Shown here: in pieces, positions 1 to 8,351 of the stretch
How the letters are laid out: every line of letters starts with the position of its first letter
Numbering within the stretch: the first letter of the stretch is position 1
Source of the DNA: Rhodothermales bacterium
GTDB lineage: Bacteria; Bacteroidota; Rhodothermia; Rhodothermales; JANQRZ01
DNA: 64,000 nt
Direction of reading: 5' to 3'
NCBI GenBank assembly: GCA_038232935.1
Contig: JBBSMX010000001.1
Coordinates: 9,585 to 73,584 of the forward strand
Program-made: the position numbers and the translations under genes
The notes under the pieces: model-generated
Databases searched by the model: none
Seen by the model: the letters and a program-made list of their open reading frames with translations, nothing else
Told to the model about the DNA's origin: nothing

Positions 1-30
1 CTCGACGCCCTCGAAGAGCACGGACTCCCC

Positions 31-606
31 GTGATGGAGGGCTACCGCCCGATGCCGCACACCTCGCGGAAGGGGTGGCTCGCTCGGAAAGATCGCTACC
101 CACACGACCCTTTCGCGCTCCACCCCGACGAACTCGTCTGGACGGTCGAGCGCCCCTACTTCGAGCGCCGGGGCGAAGCGCCGACGCCGCTCTCGCTCCG
201 CGAGATCGCTTACGCGATAGGCCATCACTTCTCAGCCCCGATCGAGGCCGTCTCGAACCCGTTCACGTTCCGGCTCATCCGGCGCGTGCTGCACGGCGAG
301 GCCCCATCTCTGTTGGAGCTGAAGGATCGGCCGCCCGAGTACGAGGACGTGGGCCGCCTCTGCCTGTGGGACGATCTCTTCCCCGAGCGCACCCTCCGGC
401 GCTCCCGCTACGAGCAGGTGCTGATCCGCGCCATCGCCGGCATCCCGCTCCGCATCAACGGCCGCACGTACACTCCCGTCGGGCTCCACGGCTGGGCAGA
501 AGTCGTCTTCCGCCGTGCCGACGGCTCGCGCCACGCGTTCCCCCTCGACTTTCTGCTCGACCACCTGGACGCGTGGAAGCCCCGGCCGAAGCGGCGGAGC
601 GCGTAA
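31..606 (+). CDS. hypothetical protein, possibly 5'-partial
   Basis: 191-codon ORF with protein-like composition. The frame stays open back to nt 1, so the gene may start upstream of the window. No motif I recognise. Confidence 0.4.
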   Translation: MMEGYRPMPHTSRKGWLARKDRYPHDPFALHPDELVWTVERPYFERRGEAPTPLSLREIAYAIGHHFSAPIEAVSNPFTFRLIRRVLHGEAPSLLELKDRPPEYEDVGRLCLWDDLFPERTLRRSRYEQVLIRAIAGIPLRINGRTYTPVGLHGWAEVVFRRADGSRHAFPLDFLLDHLDAWKPRPKRRSA

Positions 607-665
607 CGGCTACCCCGCGCGGCTACAGGTCACGGGCGCAGCGGAAGCCGAACGAGTCGGAGACG

Positions 666-860
666 CTACCCCGCAGGGACGACCTCGATGCGCACGTGGA
701 GCCCGACGGCGGCGTGCATGTTCACGAGGGCGTCGATGGTGAATTGCCCGATCCGCCCGCGCATAACGTCGGAGACGCGCGGCTGGTGGATGCCGAACCG
801 CTCGGCGGCCTCGGCCTGCGTCAGCCCCTCGGCCTCGATGTAATCGGTGAGGCTCATCAT
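666..860 (-). CDS. XRE-family HTH protein, HigA-like antitoxin-type
   Basis: From ATG 860: MMSLTDYIEAEGLTQAEAAERFGIHQPRVSDVMRGRIGQFTIDALVNM.. This is the typical short XRE/HigA HTH pattern. The track ORF's N-terminal extension to 968 is low-complexity and was rejected. Confidence 0.7.
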   Translation of the reverse strand: MMSLTDYIEAEGLTQAEAAERFGIHQPRVSDVMRGRIGQFTIDALVNMHAAVGLHVRIEVVPAG

Positions 861-1007
861 GAGGCGGGCCGGAGCGGAGGAGGGCACAGCTGGGGAAGAG
901 CAGGGTGAGCAGGAAGAGACGGCGCATACGTCAGCCGGGACGGACAGCGATTCGTACTCGGAGACCACGGAGCGATGCGAACGTTGCTCGGAGGCGACGT
1001 GGGGGAC

Positions 1008-2708
1008 TCAGCCCGCGTGGGCTTGTGCTTCGTGGAGCAGAGCGAGCGCGGCAGTGCGGTGGCTGAGTACGAACAGGAGCAGGAGGTCGCCGGGCTGCAT
1101 CCAGTCGAGGGCGAGGCGGACGCCTTCGACCGGATTGGGGACGTGGGTAACGTGCTCGGCGCGCGCGCCGAGCCGGTGTAGCTCGTCGTCGAGAAGCGAA
1201 GGGATAGCCCCGAAAGAGCGGCCCCGGAGGTGGTCGGGAAGCTCTGCGATGAGGACGTGGTCGGGGGCGGTGCCCCACGCCTCGCGGGCGAAGTTCTGGA
1301 TCTCCCGGTCGGTGCGGTCGCCGGGCTGCGAGAGGAGGAGAAGACGGCGCTTGGCCGGGAGCGCGCGAGCCGTCTCAGCGATGGCTGCCGCGCCGTGCGC
1401 GTTGTGGGCGAAGTCCACGAGCACGCGCGCGCCGCCGATTGAGAAATAGTTGCCCCGGCCGGGGTTATCAGTCGGGTCGCTGCGAAAGGAGCGCAGCCCC
1501 ACGCGGATGGCATCGAAGGGCACCCCCAGCGTTGTGGCGAGGGCGACGGCCGCGAGCACGTTCTCCACGTTGTGCCGCGCCGCGCCGTCGAGCGTGATCG
1601 GCACGTCGGCGACCGGTAGCACGATCTCTCGGCCGTCACCGAACGTGTAGACGATCTCGCCGTCGTCGACGAAGCAGGACTGTCCGCCTGCGCTCCGGTG
1701 CGCGGCGAGCGTGGGGTGCTCGGCGTCGCGGCTGAACCAGCAGAGGTCGCCCGTGTAACCGGCAGCGTGGCGGACGAGGCCGGCGTCGTCGGCGTTGAGG
1801 ATGAGCACGCCGCCGGACTCGACGGCGCGGCGGACCATCAGCTTGGCCTCGATCAGGCCGTCGAGCGAGTGGATGCCGTACTCGCCGAGGTGGTCCTCCG
1901 CTACGTTCGTCACGAGGGCGGCGTCGGCGCGGGTGAGGGCGAGGCCGCGCCGCAGCATCCCCCCGCGCGCCGTTTCGAGCACAGCGACGTCGACGTGCCC
2001 GTTGCGCAGGACGGTCCGTGCCCCGCTCGGCCCCGAAAAGTCGCCGCGCTCCACGACCTCGTCACCGACGCGGACGAAGTCTGTCGAGCACTGACCGGCG
2101 GTGCGGTCGGCTTCCCGCGCCATCGCCGCCACGAGTCGCACCGTCGTCGATTTCCCGTTCGTGCCGGTGACGAGCCCCACGGGTACGTCGTGAACGGCGG
2201 ACCAATCCACGGCCTCCGGCACGGGCAGGGCGTCCACCGGCCACATGTGGCTCCCCGCGCCGAGGCCGACGGAGGCGTGGTCGTCGTCGTGCAGGAAGGC
2301 TACGCCGTGCGCCGTCGCTGCGTCGCGGAGGGCGAGGAGTGCCGGGCTCTGCTCGGCCGCGATCTCCGTGCGCAGGCGTTCGACCGTCGCTGCTTCGTCC
2401 GGCGGGTCGGCGCCTCTCAGCTCGGCGACGGCCGCTGCCCACGCGGCCTCATTCACCTCCGTCGCGGCGTAGAGCGCATCCTCCGGGGCCGTAAACCCGA
2501 GGTGTGCGCCGCCTTCGAACGGACGGCTGAACACCGTCTCGGCGCTCCACCCGACGGCGTCGAGCAGGGCGCGCGCGTGCCGTTTCCACGCCGCCACGAA
2601 GCGGGCGACGGGCACGCCTTCGGCCGTGGCCTGCAACACGGCACCGGGGCAGTCGGCGAAGAGGTTCGGCCCGGTGAGGCGGCGGCTGTCCTCGAAGGAG
2701 AGCGTCAT
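1008..2708 (-). CDS. Mur-ligase-type cyanophycin synthetase paralog (N-like domain + M domain, no ATP-grasp domain)
   Basis: 566 codons from ATG 2708. Mur-ligase motifs VTGTNGKSTT (P-loop), NVAEDHLG, ILNADD and DFAHNAHG. N-terminal SRRLTGPNLF resembles the start of CphA N-domains. There is no ATP-grasp segment. The upstream gene's TAA lies 1 nt before the ATG. Confidence 0.8.
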   Translation of the reverse strand: MTLSFEDSRRLTGPNLFADCPGAVLQATAEGVPVARFVAAWKRHARALLDAVGWSAETVFSRPFEGGAHLGFTAPEDALYAATEVNEAAWAAAVAELRGADPPDEAATVERLRTEIAAEQSPALLALRDAATAHGVAFLHDDDHASVGLGAGSHMWPVDALPVPEAVDWSAVHDVPVGLVTGTNGKSTTVRLVAAMAREADRTAGQCSTDFVRVGDEVVERGDFSGPSGARTVLRNGHVDVAVLETARGGMLRRGLALTRADAALVTNVAEDHLGEYGIHSLDGLIEAKLMVRRAVESGGVLILNADDAGLVRHAAGYTGDLCWFSRDAEHPTLAAHRSAGGQSCFVDDGEIVYTFGDGREIVLPVADVPITLDGAARHNVENVLAAVALATTLGVPFDAIRVGLRSFRSDPTDNPGRGNYFSIGGARVLVDFAHNAHGAAAIAETARALPAKRRLLLLSQPGDRTDREIQNFAREAWGTAPDHVLIAELPDHLRGRSFGAIPSLLDDELHRLGARAEHVTHVPNPVEGVRLALDWMQPGDLLLLFVLSHRTAALALLHEAQAHAG

Positions 2709-2709
2709 G

Positions 2710-3335
2710 TTATGGGGGGAGAGTGGCACCCTCGGCGAGGCGCGACTGCAGGCTGTCTCCGTACGCTACGACGTCCTCGACGATGCCGGCGAGTTGGGCG
2801 AGGTGCTCGGGGTACCACTGGTACTGCGCCCGAAGCTCCCCGGTGGCAGGGTTGTAGAACGCCGCCGGGCCGTCGTCGAGGTGGGGAATGATGTAGCGTC
2901 GCTGAGGGCTCGGGCGCGCTCGGCGGTGTTGTTGAGGTACTGGAGCCGGGCGAAGTAGAGCTGTACGTCGCGGAGGGTGCGGATGTCGAGCACGTCGAGG
3001 CCGCCGGCCTGGACTGCCGCCTCCCAGAGTCCTACGCCGATGTCGCCGCTGGTGAACTGGAGCGGGACGGGAATGGGCTGCTCGCCGCGAGCCTGGGCCT
3101 CAACGAACGGCCGGTAGAGGAGAGAATCGACCTGGGGCTGAACGAGGGCGAGCTCCTGTGATACGCCTGCGATGTGCTGGGCGATCATCGCTGTAATCTG
3201 CCGTTGCTGCTCCTCGTCGCGCCGGTCCTCGCGCCACGTGTTGAGCGCGAACGCGGCGTAGACGCCGACGAATACGACGAGCAGTTCGAGGACGAGCCGT
3301 CCCGCCTCTCGCCACGCTTTGTTGCGCTCTGCCAT
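2710..3335 (-). pseudogene. single-pass membrane protein of unknown function with an apparent frameshift near nt 2895-2906
   Basis: The ATG 3335 frame (MAERNKAWREAGRLVLELLVVFVGVYAAF..) is protein-like to ..NNTAERARAL, then turns into S/T/R/P junk. The +1 frame from ~2901 reads RRYIIPHLDDGPAAFYNPATGELRAQYQWYPEHLAQLAGIVEDVVAYGDSLQSRLAEGATLPP and stops at TAA 2710-2712, 1 nt before the next ATG. The intact paralog at 40799-41386 is colinear with the repaired product. Confidence 0.55.
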
Positions 3336-3339
3336 CGGC

Positions 3340-6159
3340 TCAGTCCGCCTCTTCGTCGCGCACGAGGCGGACGCCGCGCTCGTCGCGGACGAACTGCTGG
3401 CCCTCACCGACGCTGAACGGCCCGGGCTCGCCCTCTCCATCCGTGGGTACGGTGGCCGCGATCGGGGGCACCGTCGCCGCGCCGTCGCCGTCGCCGTGAC
3501 CGTTGGGGCGGAAGTGGGTGATCTGCTTCCAGCAGCGCGTGATGTTGTCGCCGAAGATGACGAGGAGGTCGCCGAGCTGCGCGAGCCGGAGCGCGTGGTC
3601 GACGGCCTCCTGCTCGTCGATCACGATCTCGACGTGGTCGGCCGCGACGCCGCTGGCGACGAGCGTGTCGCGCAGGAGCGTGGGGACCTCGTCGGGGCCG
3701 CGCCCGCGCGGGGTGTCGTCGCGCTTGCAGACGAAGTGCTCGAAGTGCCCCGAAGCCACGCGGGCGATCTCCTGGATGTCCTCGTCGCGGCGGTCGCCGG
3801 GGGCGGCGAGGACGCAGAGGCGGCGGCCGGCCGTCTCCATTCGGTCGGCGGTCTGGCACATTGCGCGGACGGCAGCGGGATTGTGGCCGTAGTCGAGGAC
3901 GACCTTGAACGGGTGCTCGTCGAACACGTTGAGGCGGCCGGGCGCTTCGTAGTAGCTCGTCGAGAACGTGCGGAGGCCGTGGCGGATCTGGTCGAGCGAC
4001 TGCCCCATCGCGTACGCCATCGCGGCGCCGAACATTGCGTTCTGCACGTTGTGGACGGCCTTGCCTTCGAGCGTCGCCGGGATGAGGTGTGTCCAGAGGA
4101 GCGGGAGGTGGGCGCCCTTGTCGAAGAGCGTGATCATCTCGCCGTTGATCCCCTTTTCGAGGACGACCGCATGCCCGCCGGAGCGGATGTGCTCACGGAC
4201 GAGCTCGTGGCTGGGGTCGAGCGTGACGTAGCAGAGGTGGTCGGCCTCGGTGTGGTTCGCCATGTCGAGGCAGAGCGGGTCGTCGGCGTTGAGCACGGCG
4301 CAGTCCGTGGCGACCTCGACCACGACGCGCTTGACCTCGGCGAGGTCTTCGAGCGTGTCGATCCCCTTCAGCCCGAGGTGATCCGCCTGGACGTTGAGCA
4401 CGGCGGCGACGTTGCAGCGCGAGAAGCCGAGCCCGCTGCGGAGGAGGCCGCCGCGGGCCGTCTCCAGCACGGCCGTGTCGATGGTGGGGTCGCGGAGGAC
4501 CATGCGGGCGCTCGTCGGCCCCGTCATGTCGCCCTTCACCGTGAGGTTGCCGTCGATGTAGACGCCGTCGGAGGTCGTCGTCCCGACCGTCGCGCCACCG
4601 GACTTGAGGATGTGGGCGAGCATCCGCGTCGTCGTCGTCTTCCCGTTCGTGCCGGTGATGGCGGCGATGGGAACGCGCGACGGCGTGCCCGGGGGGAAGA
4701 GCATGTCCATCACCGGCCCGGCCACGTCGCGCGGCGTTCCCTCGCTCGGGGCGACGTGCATGCGGAAGCCCGGCGCGGCGTTGACCTCGACAATCGCGCC
4801 GCCGACCTCGCGCCACGAGCGTGTGACGTCGTCGGTGAGGAAGTCCACGCCGCCCACGTCGAGCCCGACGGCCTGCACGGCGCGCACGGCCATGTCGCGG
4901 TTGTCGGGGTGGACGGCGTCGGTGAGGTCGATGGACGTGCCGCCCGTCGAGAGGTTGGCCGTCGAGCGGAGGGGGAAGACCTCGGCGGCGGGCAGCACCG
5001 TGTCTTTCGTATAGCCCGCCTTCTCCAAGAGTCGCTCGGCCTGCTCGTCGAATTGAAGCTTGGTGAGCACCTTTTCGTGGCCGAGGCCGCGCTGCGGGTC
5101 GGCGTTGACGATCTCGACGAGCTGTTCAATCGTGTGCTCGCCGTCACCGACGACGTGGCCGGGCACGCGCTTCGCCACGGCGACGAGCTTCCCGTTGACG
5201 ACGAGCATCCGGTGATCGAACCCGGTGACGAAGCTCTCGACGAGCACACCGCTGCTGCGCGCCGCCTCGCCCGCAACGGCATAGGCCGTGCGGATCTGGT
5301 CCTCGGTCGTGAGGTTGATCGAGACGCCGCGCCCGTGGTTGGCGTTGAGCGGCTTGAGGACGACGGGCGTGCCGATCCGCTGCGCCGCGCGCACGGCCTC
5401 GCACTCGCTATAGACGAGCTCTTGCTGCGGCACGGGCAGGCCGAGGTCGGAGAGGATGTTCCGCGTGTCCTCTTTGTCCGAGGCCACCTCGACGGCGATG
5501 TGCCGTGTCTCGCTCGTGATCGTCGCCTGGATACGTTTCTGGTATTTGCCGTAGCCGAGCTGGACGAGGCTGTACTTGTTTAGCCGGATCCACGGGATGT
5601 CGCGCGCCGTCGCCGCGTCCACGAGTGACTGCGTACTCGGCCCGAATTCGCGCCGCTGCGCGTAGCGGATGAAGTCGTCGCGCTCGGTCTCCCAGTCGAA
5701 GTCCTCCTCGATTTCGCCGTTGAAGTGCGCCCGCAGGTCGTCGGGCAGGAGGTGGAGGAGGAGCTGCCGCCCGAGTCGCGCCGCCTCCAGTCCTACGTCA
5801 CGCTGCTTGTACTCGAACACCATCCAGTACTCGCCCGGCGTCCCCGTGGAGCGCGTTTTCCCGAACGTGACGTCGCTGCCGGCGACGTGCTGCAACTCGA
5901 TCACGACGTGTTCGAGGACATGCCCGATCCACGTTCCTTGGTCCTCGGTCATCCGCCGCACGAAGCCGCCGGCGCAACCGTACGAGCAGCCGTGCTCGTG
6001 GAGGCCGGGCAGCCGCTCCAACAGGGCGTCCACGAAGTCCTGCCCGAGCCGCATCGTCGGCCACTCCTCCAGCGGGCCGAGGTCGATCACCTGCCGGATG
6101 ACGGGGAAGTTGGCGTAGACGTTCGGGCCGACGTAGACGTTGGTCGAGAGGACGTTCAT
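3340..6159 (-). CDS. cphA: cyanophycin synthetase
   Basis: 939 codons from ATG 6159 (MNVLSTNVYVGPNVYANFPVIRQ..). Contains the CphA N-domain, an ATP-grasp region (PVVLKPLNANHGRGV) and a Mur-ligase M-domain (ITGTNGKTTTTRM, VLDYGHNPAA). Confidence 0.95.
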   Translation of the reverse strand: MNVLSTNVYVGPNVYANFPVIRQVIDLGPLEEWPTMRLGQDFVDALLERLPGLHEHGCSYGCAGGFVRRMTEDQGTWIGHVLEHVVIELQHVAGSDVTFGKTRSTGTPGEYWMVFEYKQRDVGLEAARLGRQLLLHLLPDDLRAHFNGEIEEDFDWETERDDFIRYAQRREFGPSTQSLVDAATARDIPWIRLNKYSLVQLGYGKYQKRIQATITSETRHIAVEVASDKEDTRNILSDLGLPVPQQELVYSECEAVRAAQRIGTPVVLKPLNANHGRGVSINLTTEDQIRTAYAVAGEAARSSGVLVESFVTGFDHRMLVVNGKLVAVAKRVPGHVVGDGEHTIEQLVEIVNADPQRGLGHEKVLTKLQFDEQAERLLEKAGYTKDTVLPAAEVFPLRSTANLSTGGTSIDLTDAVHPDNRDMAVRAVQAVGLDVGGVDFLTDDVTRSWREVGGAIVEVNAAPGFRMHVAPSEGTPRDVAGPVMDMLFPPGTPSRVPIAAITGTNGKTTTTRMLAHILKSGGATVGTTTSDGVYIDGNLTVKGDMTGPTSARMVLRDPTIDTAVLETARGGLLRSGLGFSRCNVAAVLNVQADHLGLKGIDTLEDLAEVKRVVVEVATDCAVLNADDPLCLDMANHTEADHLCYVTLDPSHELVREHIRSGGHAVVLEKGINGEMITLFDKGAHLPLLWTHLIPATLEGKAVHNVQNAMFGAAMAYAMGQSLDQIRHGLRTFSTSYYEAPGRLNVFDEHPFKVVLDYGHNPAAVRAMCQTADRMETAGRRLCVLAAPGDRRDEDIQEIARVASGHFEHFVCKRDDTPRGRGPDEVPTLLRDTLVASGVAADHVEIVIDEQEAVDHALRLAQLGDLLVIFGDNITRCWKQITHFRPNGHGDGDGAATVPPIAATVPTDGEGEPGPFSVGEGQQFVRDERGVRLVRDEEAD

Positions 6160-6260
6160 GGGGGGAGGGGATGGGGGAGAGGAGGGTGGGGGTATGGGGG
6201 TGGGATTGATCGGGGCGAGGCGTCGATCCTCCCACGCGCCCGACCCCCACCCACCCACAC
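6160..6260 (-). promoter_or_regulatory. cphB-cphA intergenic leader with G-tract then C-tract halves
   Basis: In the mRNA sense the sequence runs GGGTGGGTGGGGGTCGGG.. followed by CCCACCCCCATACCCCCACCCTCCTCTCCCCCATCCCCTCCCCCC directly before the ATG. There is no purine-rich SD. Function unknown. Confidence 0.3.
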
Positions 6261-7079
6261 TCAGGAACCCCCCGTCGCCGTGCGCGAGGCGGCGTCGTAG
6301 CGGTCGCCGTCGGTCAAAATATGCAAGTTCAACCCGATGAGCGTGACGGCCTCGCCGCGCGCGGCCGTCCCCATGGACGAGTACCGGAGCCCGCTCGGGT
6401 CCACGACGGTGATGGCCCCGCTACCGACGACCTCGAACGCGCCGTCGGGGCCGATGAACGCGGCCGTGTCCTCGTCGAGCCCGATCCCCGTCATGAACGG
6501 GTTGTAGGCGAGGGCGGCGAGGAGGCGGCCGAGCCGGTCCCGCTGCCGGAAGTGCTGGTCGATGACGAACGAGTTCGTGAGGCCAAGGCCGGGGGCGAGC
6601 GTCACCTTGTCGGGCGTCGGCGTGGCGCCGGCCGAGCCGCCCGCGATCATGTGCTCGGCCATAATCGCCGCGCCGGCCGAGGTCCCGGCGACGTGGACGC
6701 CGGCGGCGTTGCGGCGGCGGATGGTCTGGGCGATGGCGGTGCCACCGAGGATCGTCGAGAGGCGGAGCTGGTTGCCGCCGGTGAGGAAAATGCCCGTGGC
6801 CTCCTCGACCTCATCGAGGTAATCCTGCCGCTCGGCGTCCGCCCGCTGCTCGATCCGCACCGAGACGGCTGAGCCCGCCCCGACTCCCTCGAACAGCTCG
6901 ACGTAGCGCTGCCCCGTGTCGTCCAACTCCGAGGCGGTCGGGAGGACCACGATGCGGGCTTCGTCCCCGCCCGCGAGCTGGACGAAGCGTTCGAGGATGG
7001 CGGGCTTGCGCTTCTTCTCGGCACCGCCGATGGGGATGACGAAACCGCGCGGAATATCCTGAGGACCGTGGGTGGGCAT
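6261..7079 (-). CDS. cphB: cyanophycinase (peptidase S51), intracellular type
   Basis: FVIPIGGAE, FLTGGNQ and GTSAGA nucleophile motifs. No signal peptide. Adjacent to cphA. Confidence 0.9.
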   Translation of the reverse strand: MPTHGPQDIPRGFVIPIGGAEKKRKPAILERFVQLAGGDEARIVVLPTASELDDTGQRYVELFEGVGAGSAVSVRIEQRADAERQDYLDEVEEATGIFLTGGNQLRLSTILGGTAIAQTIRRRNAAGVHVAGTSAGAAIMAEHMIAGGSAGATPTPDKVTLAPGLGLTNSFVIDQHFRQRDRLGRLLAALAYNPFMTGIGLDEDTAAFIGPDGAFEVVGSGAITVVDPSGLRYSSMGTAARGEAVTLIGLNLHILTDGDRYDAASRTATGGS

Positions 7080-7190
7080 GAGGGGAGTGGAAGGCGAAAA
7101 ACGTAGGGCGTGGAACGTAAGGGTGGCTCGCCATCCGGTTGCGCTGCCGGGACCCTTACGTTTTACGTTTCACGCATTACTCGTCACGCC

Positions 7191-8351
7191 TCACTCGAAC
7201 GTGCCGCGGATGACCTGCTCGCCGTCGCGGACGTGCCACCGCCCCCGCGCCATGACCCCGTGAACATTCGCATCGGGGTCGAGCACGACGAGGTCGGCGT
7301 CCATGCCCTCGGCGATGCGACCCTTCGCGGCCAGCCGGAGGAGCGCGGCGACGTTCGACGTGAAGGCGGGGAGGATGGCTTCCAGCGGCCGGCCGGCGCG
7401 TAGCAGCTCGCGGAGCGTGTTCATCAGCTCGCTCGCGTGCCCGACCCCCATCGCGACGACCTCGCCCTGTTTGTTGAAGGTGGGGAGACAGCCGCCGCCG
7501 TCGGAGGACACGGTGATCTTGTCGGAGGGGAGGCCGAGGTCGAGGTAGCGGCGGATCGCCTCGCCGGCGCTCCACTCGTCGTCGCTCTGCTTCGGGAAGG
7601 CCGTCACGTCGATCGTGCAGCCGCGCTTCGTCAGTTCGCAGGCTTCGGTGAAGAGCTCCTTCCGGCGGTTGACGTGCGTTGGGTTGAAGACGCGCGCCGG
7701 GATCTCGGTCTCGTCGAGGCAGCGGCGGATGAGGTCGAGCCCGCGCAGCCCGTCGCCGAGGTGGAAGTGGACGATGCCGGCCTTGCCGGTCATCAGCCCG
7801 GCTACGTGGGCCTCGCTCGCGAGCCGGGCGATCTCCTCGAACGTGGGCTGGCTGGAGCGGTGATCCGAGATCGCGATCTCGCCGACGCCGAGGACGCAGT
7901 CGAGGTGGACGATGTCGCTTCGGACAGAGCCGGTGAGGGTCGTCGGTGGGAGGTGATAGCCGCCGGTGTGGCAGTAGGCCGAGAGACCTTCGGCGCGGAG
8001 CGCGCGCACGCGCGTAACCAGCTCCGAAGTCGTCCGCGTGAGGTCGTCGGTCCCGAGGACGCCGACGGCGGTCGTGACGCCGGACCCGGTGTAGGCCGAG
8101 AGCGGGACCGGGGGCACCTTCGTCTGCGGCCCGGCCTCGCCGCCGCCGCCGGTGAGGTGGGCGTGCCCGTCGATGAAGCCGGGCAGGAGCCGCCACCCGC
8201 CGAGGTCGGTCACGCGCACCTCCGCCCCGCTGATCTCCGGCTGTGCTTCGCCGACATAGAGGATGGTGCCGCCGCCGACGAGCAGGTGGCGGCGCCCGAT
8301 GTGGGCTGGAGCGTAGACGTCAGCGTTGAGGAGCAGGTCGAGCATAGCCAT
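7191..8351 (-). CDS. iadA: isoaspartyl dipeptidase (beta-Asp dipeptide hydrolase)
   Basis: From ATG 8351: MAMLDLLLNADVYAP..GFIDGHAHLTGGGGEAG.., an amidohydrolase fold. The ATG shares its A with the TGA of the upstream gene. The track ORF's Arg-rich N-terminal extension was rejected. Confidence 0.85.
   Translation of the reverse strand: MAMLDLLLNADVYAPAHIGRRHLLVGGGTILYVGEAQPEISGAEVRVTDLGGWRLLPGFIDGHAHLTGGGGEAGPQTKVPPVPLSAYTGSGVTTAVGVLGTDDLTRTTSELVTRVRALRAEGLSAYCHTGGYHLPPTTLTGSVRSDIVHLDCVLGVGEIAISDHRSSQPTFEEIARLASEAHVAGLMTGKAGIVHFHLGDGLRGLDLIRRCLDETEIPARVFNPTHVNRRKELFTEACELTKRGCTIDVTAFPKQSDDEWSAGEAIRRYLDLGLPSDKITVSSDGGGCLPTFNKQGEVVAMGVGHASELMNTLRELLRAGRPLEAILPAFTSNVAALLRLAAKGRIAEGMDADLVVLDPDANVHGVMARGRWHVRDGEQVIRGTFE

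Noticed and set aside
3319-5583. 754-codon plus-strand ORF (and similar long ORFs at 1698-2891, 30703-32154, 32182-33519, 33694-34809, 45994-47529, 50593-51879, 54417-56942, 57335-58975)
   Set aside because: Each lies antisense to a gene with clear family motifs. Their products are Arg/Gly/Ala/Asp/Glu/Val-rich low-complexity sequence, typical of stop-poor shadow frames in GC-rich DNA.
6160-6258. Pro/Ser/Gly-rich N-terminal extension of CphA (track ORF starts at 6258)
   Set aside because: CphA homologs start at the MNVLSTNVY-type sequence. The extension is the translated C/T-tract leader, so ATG 6159 was preferred.
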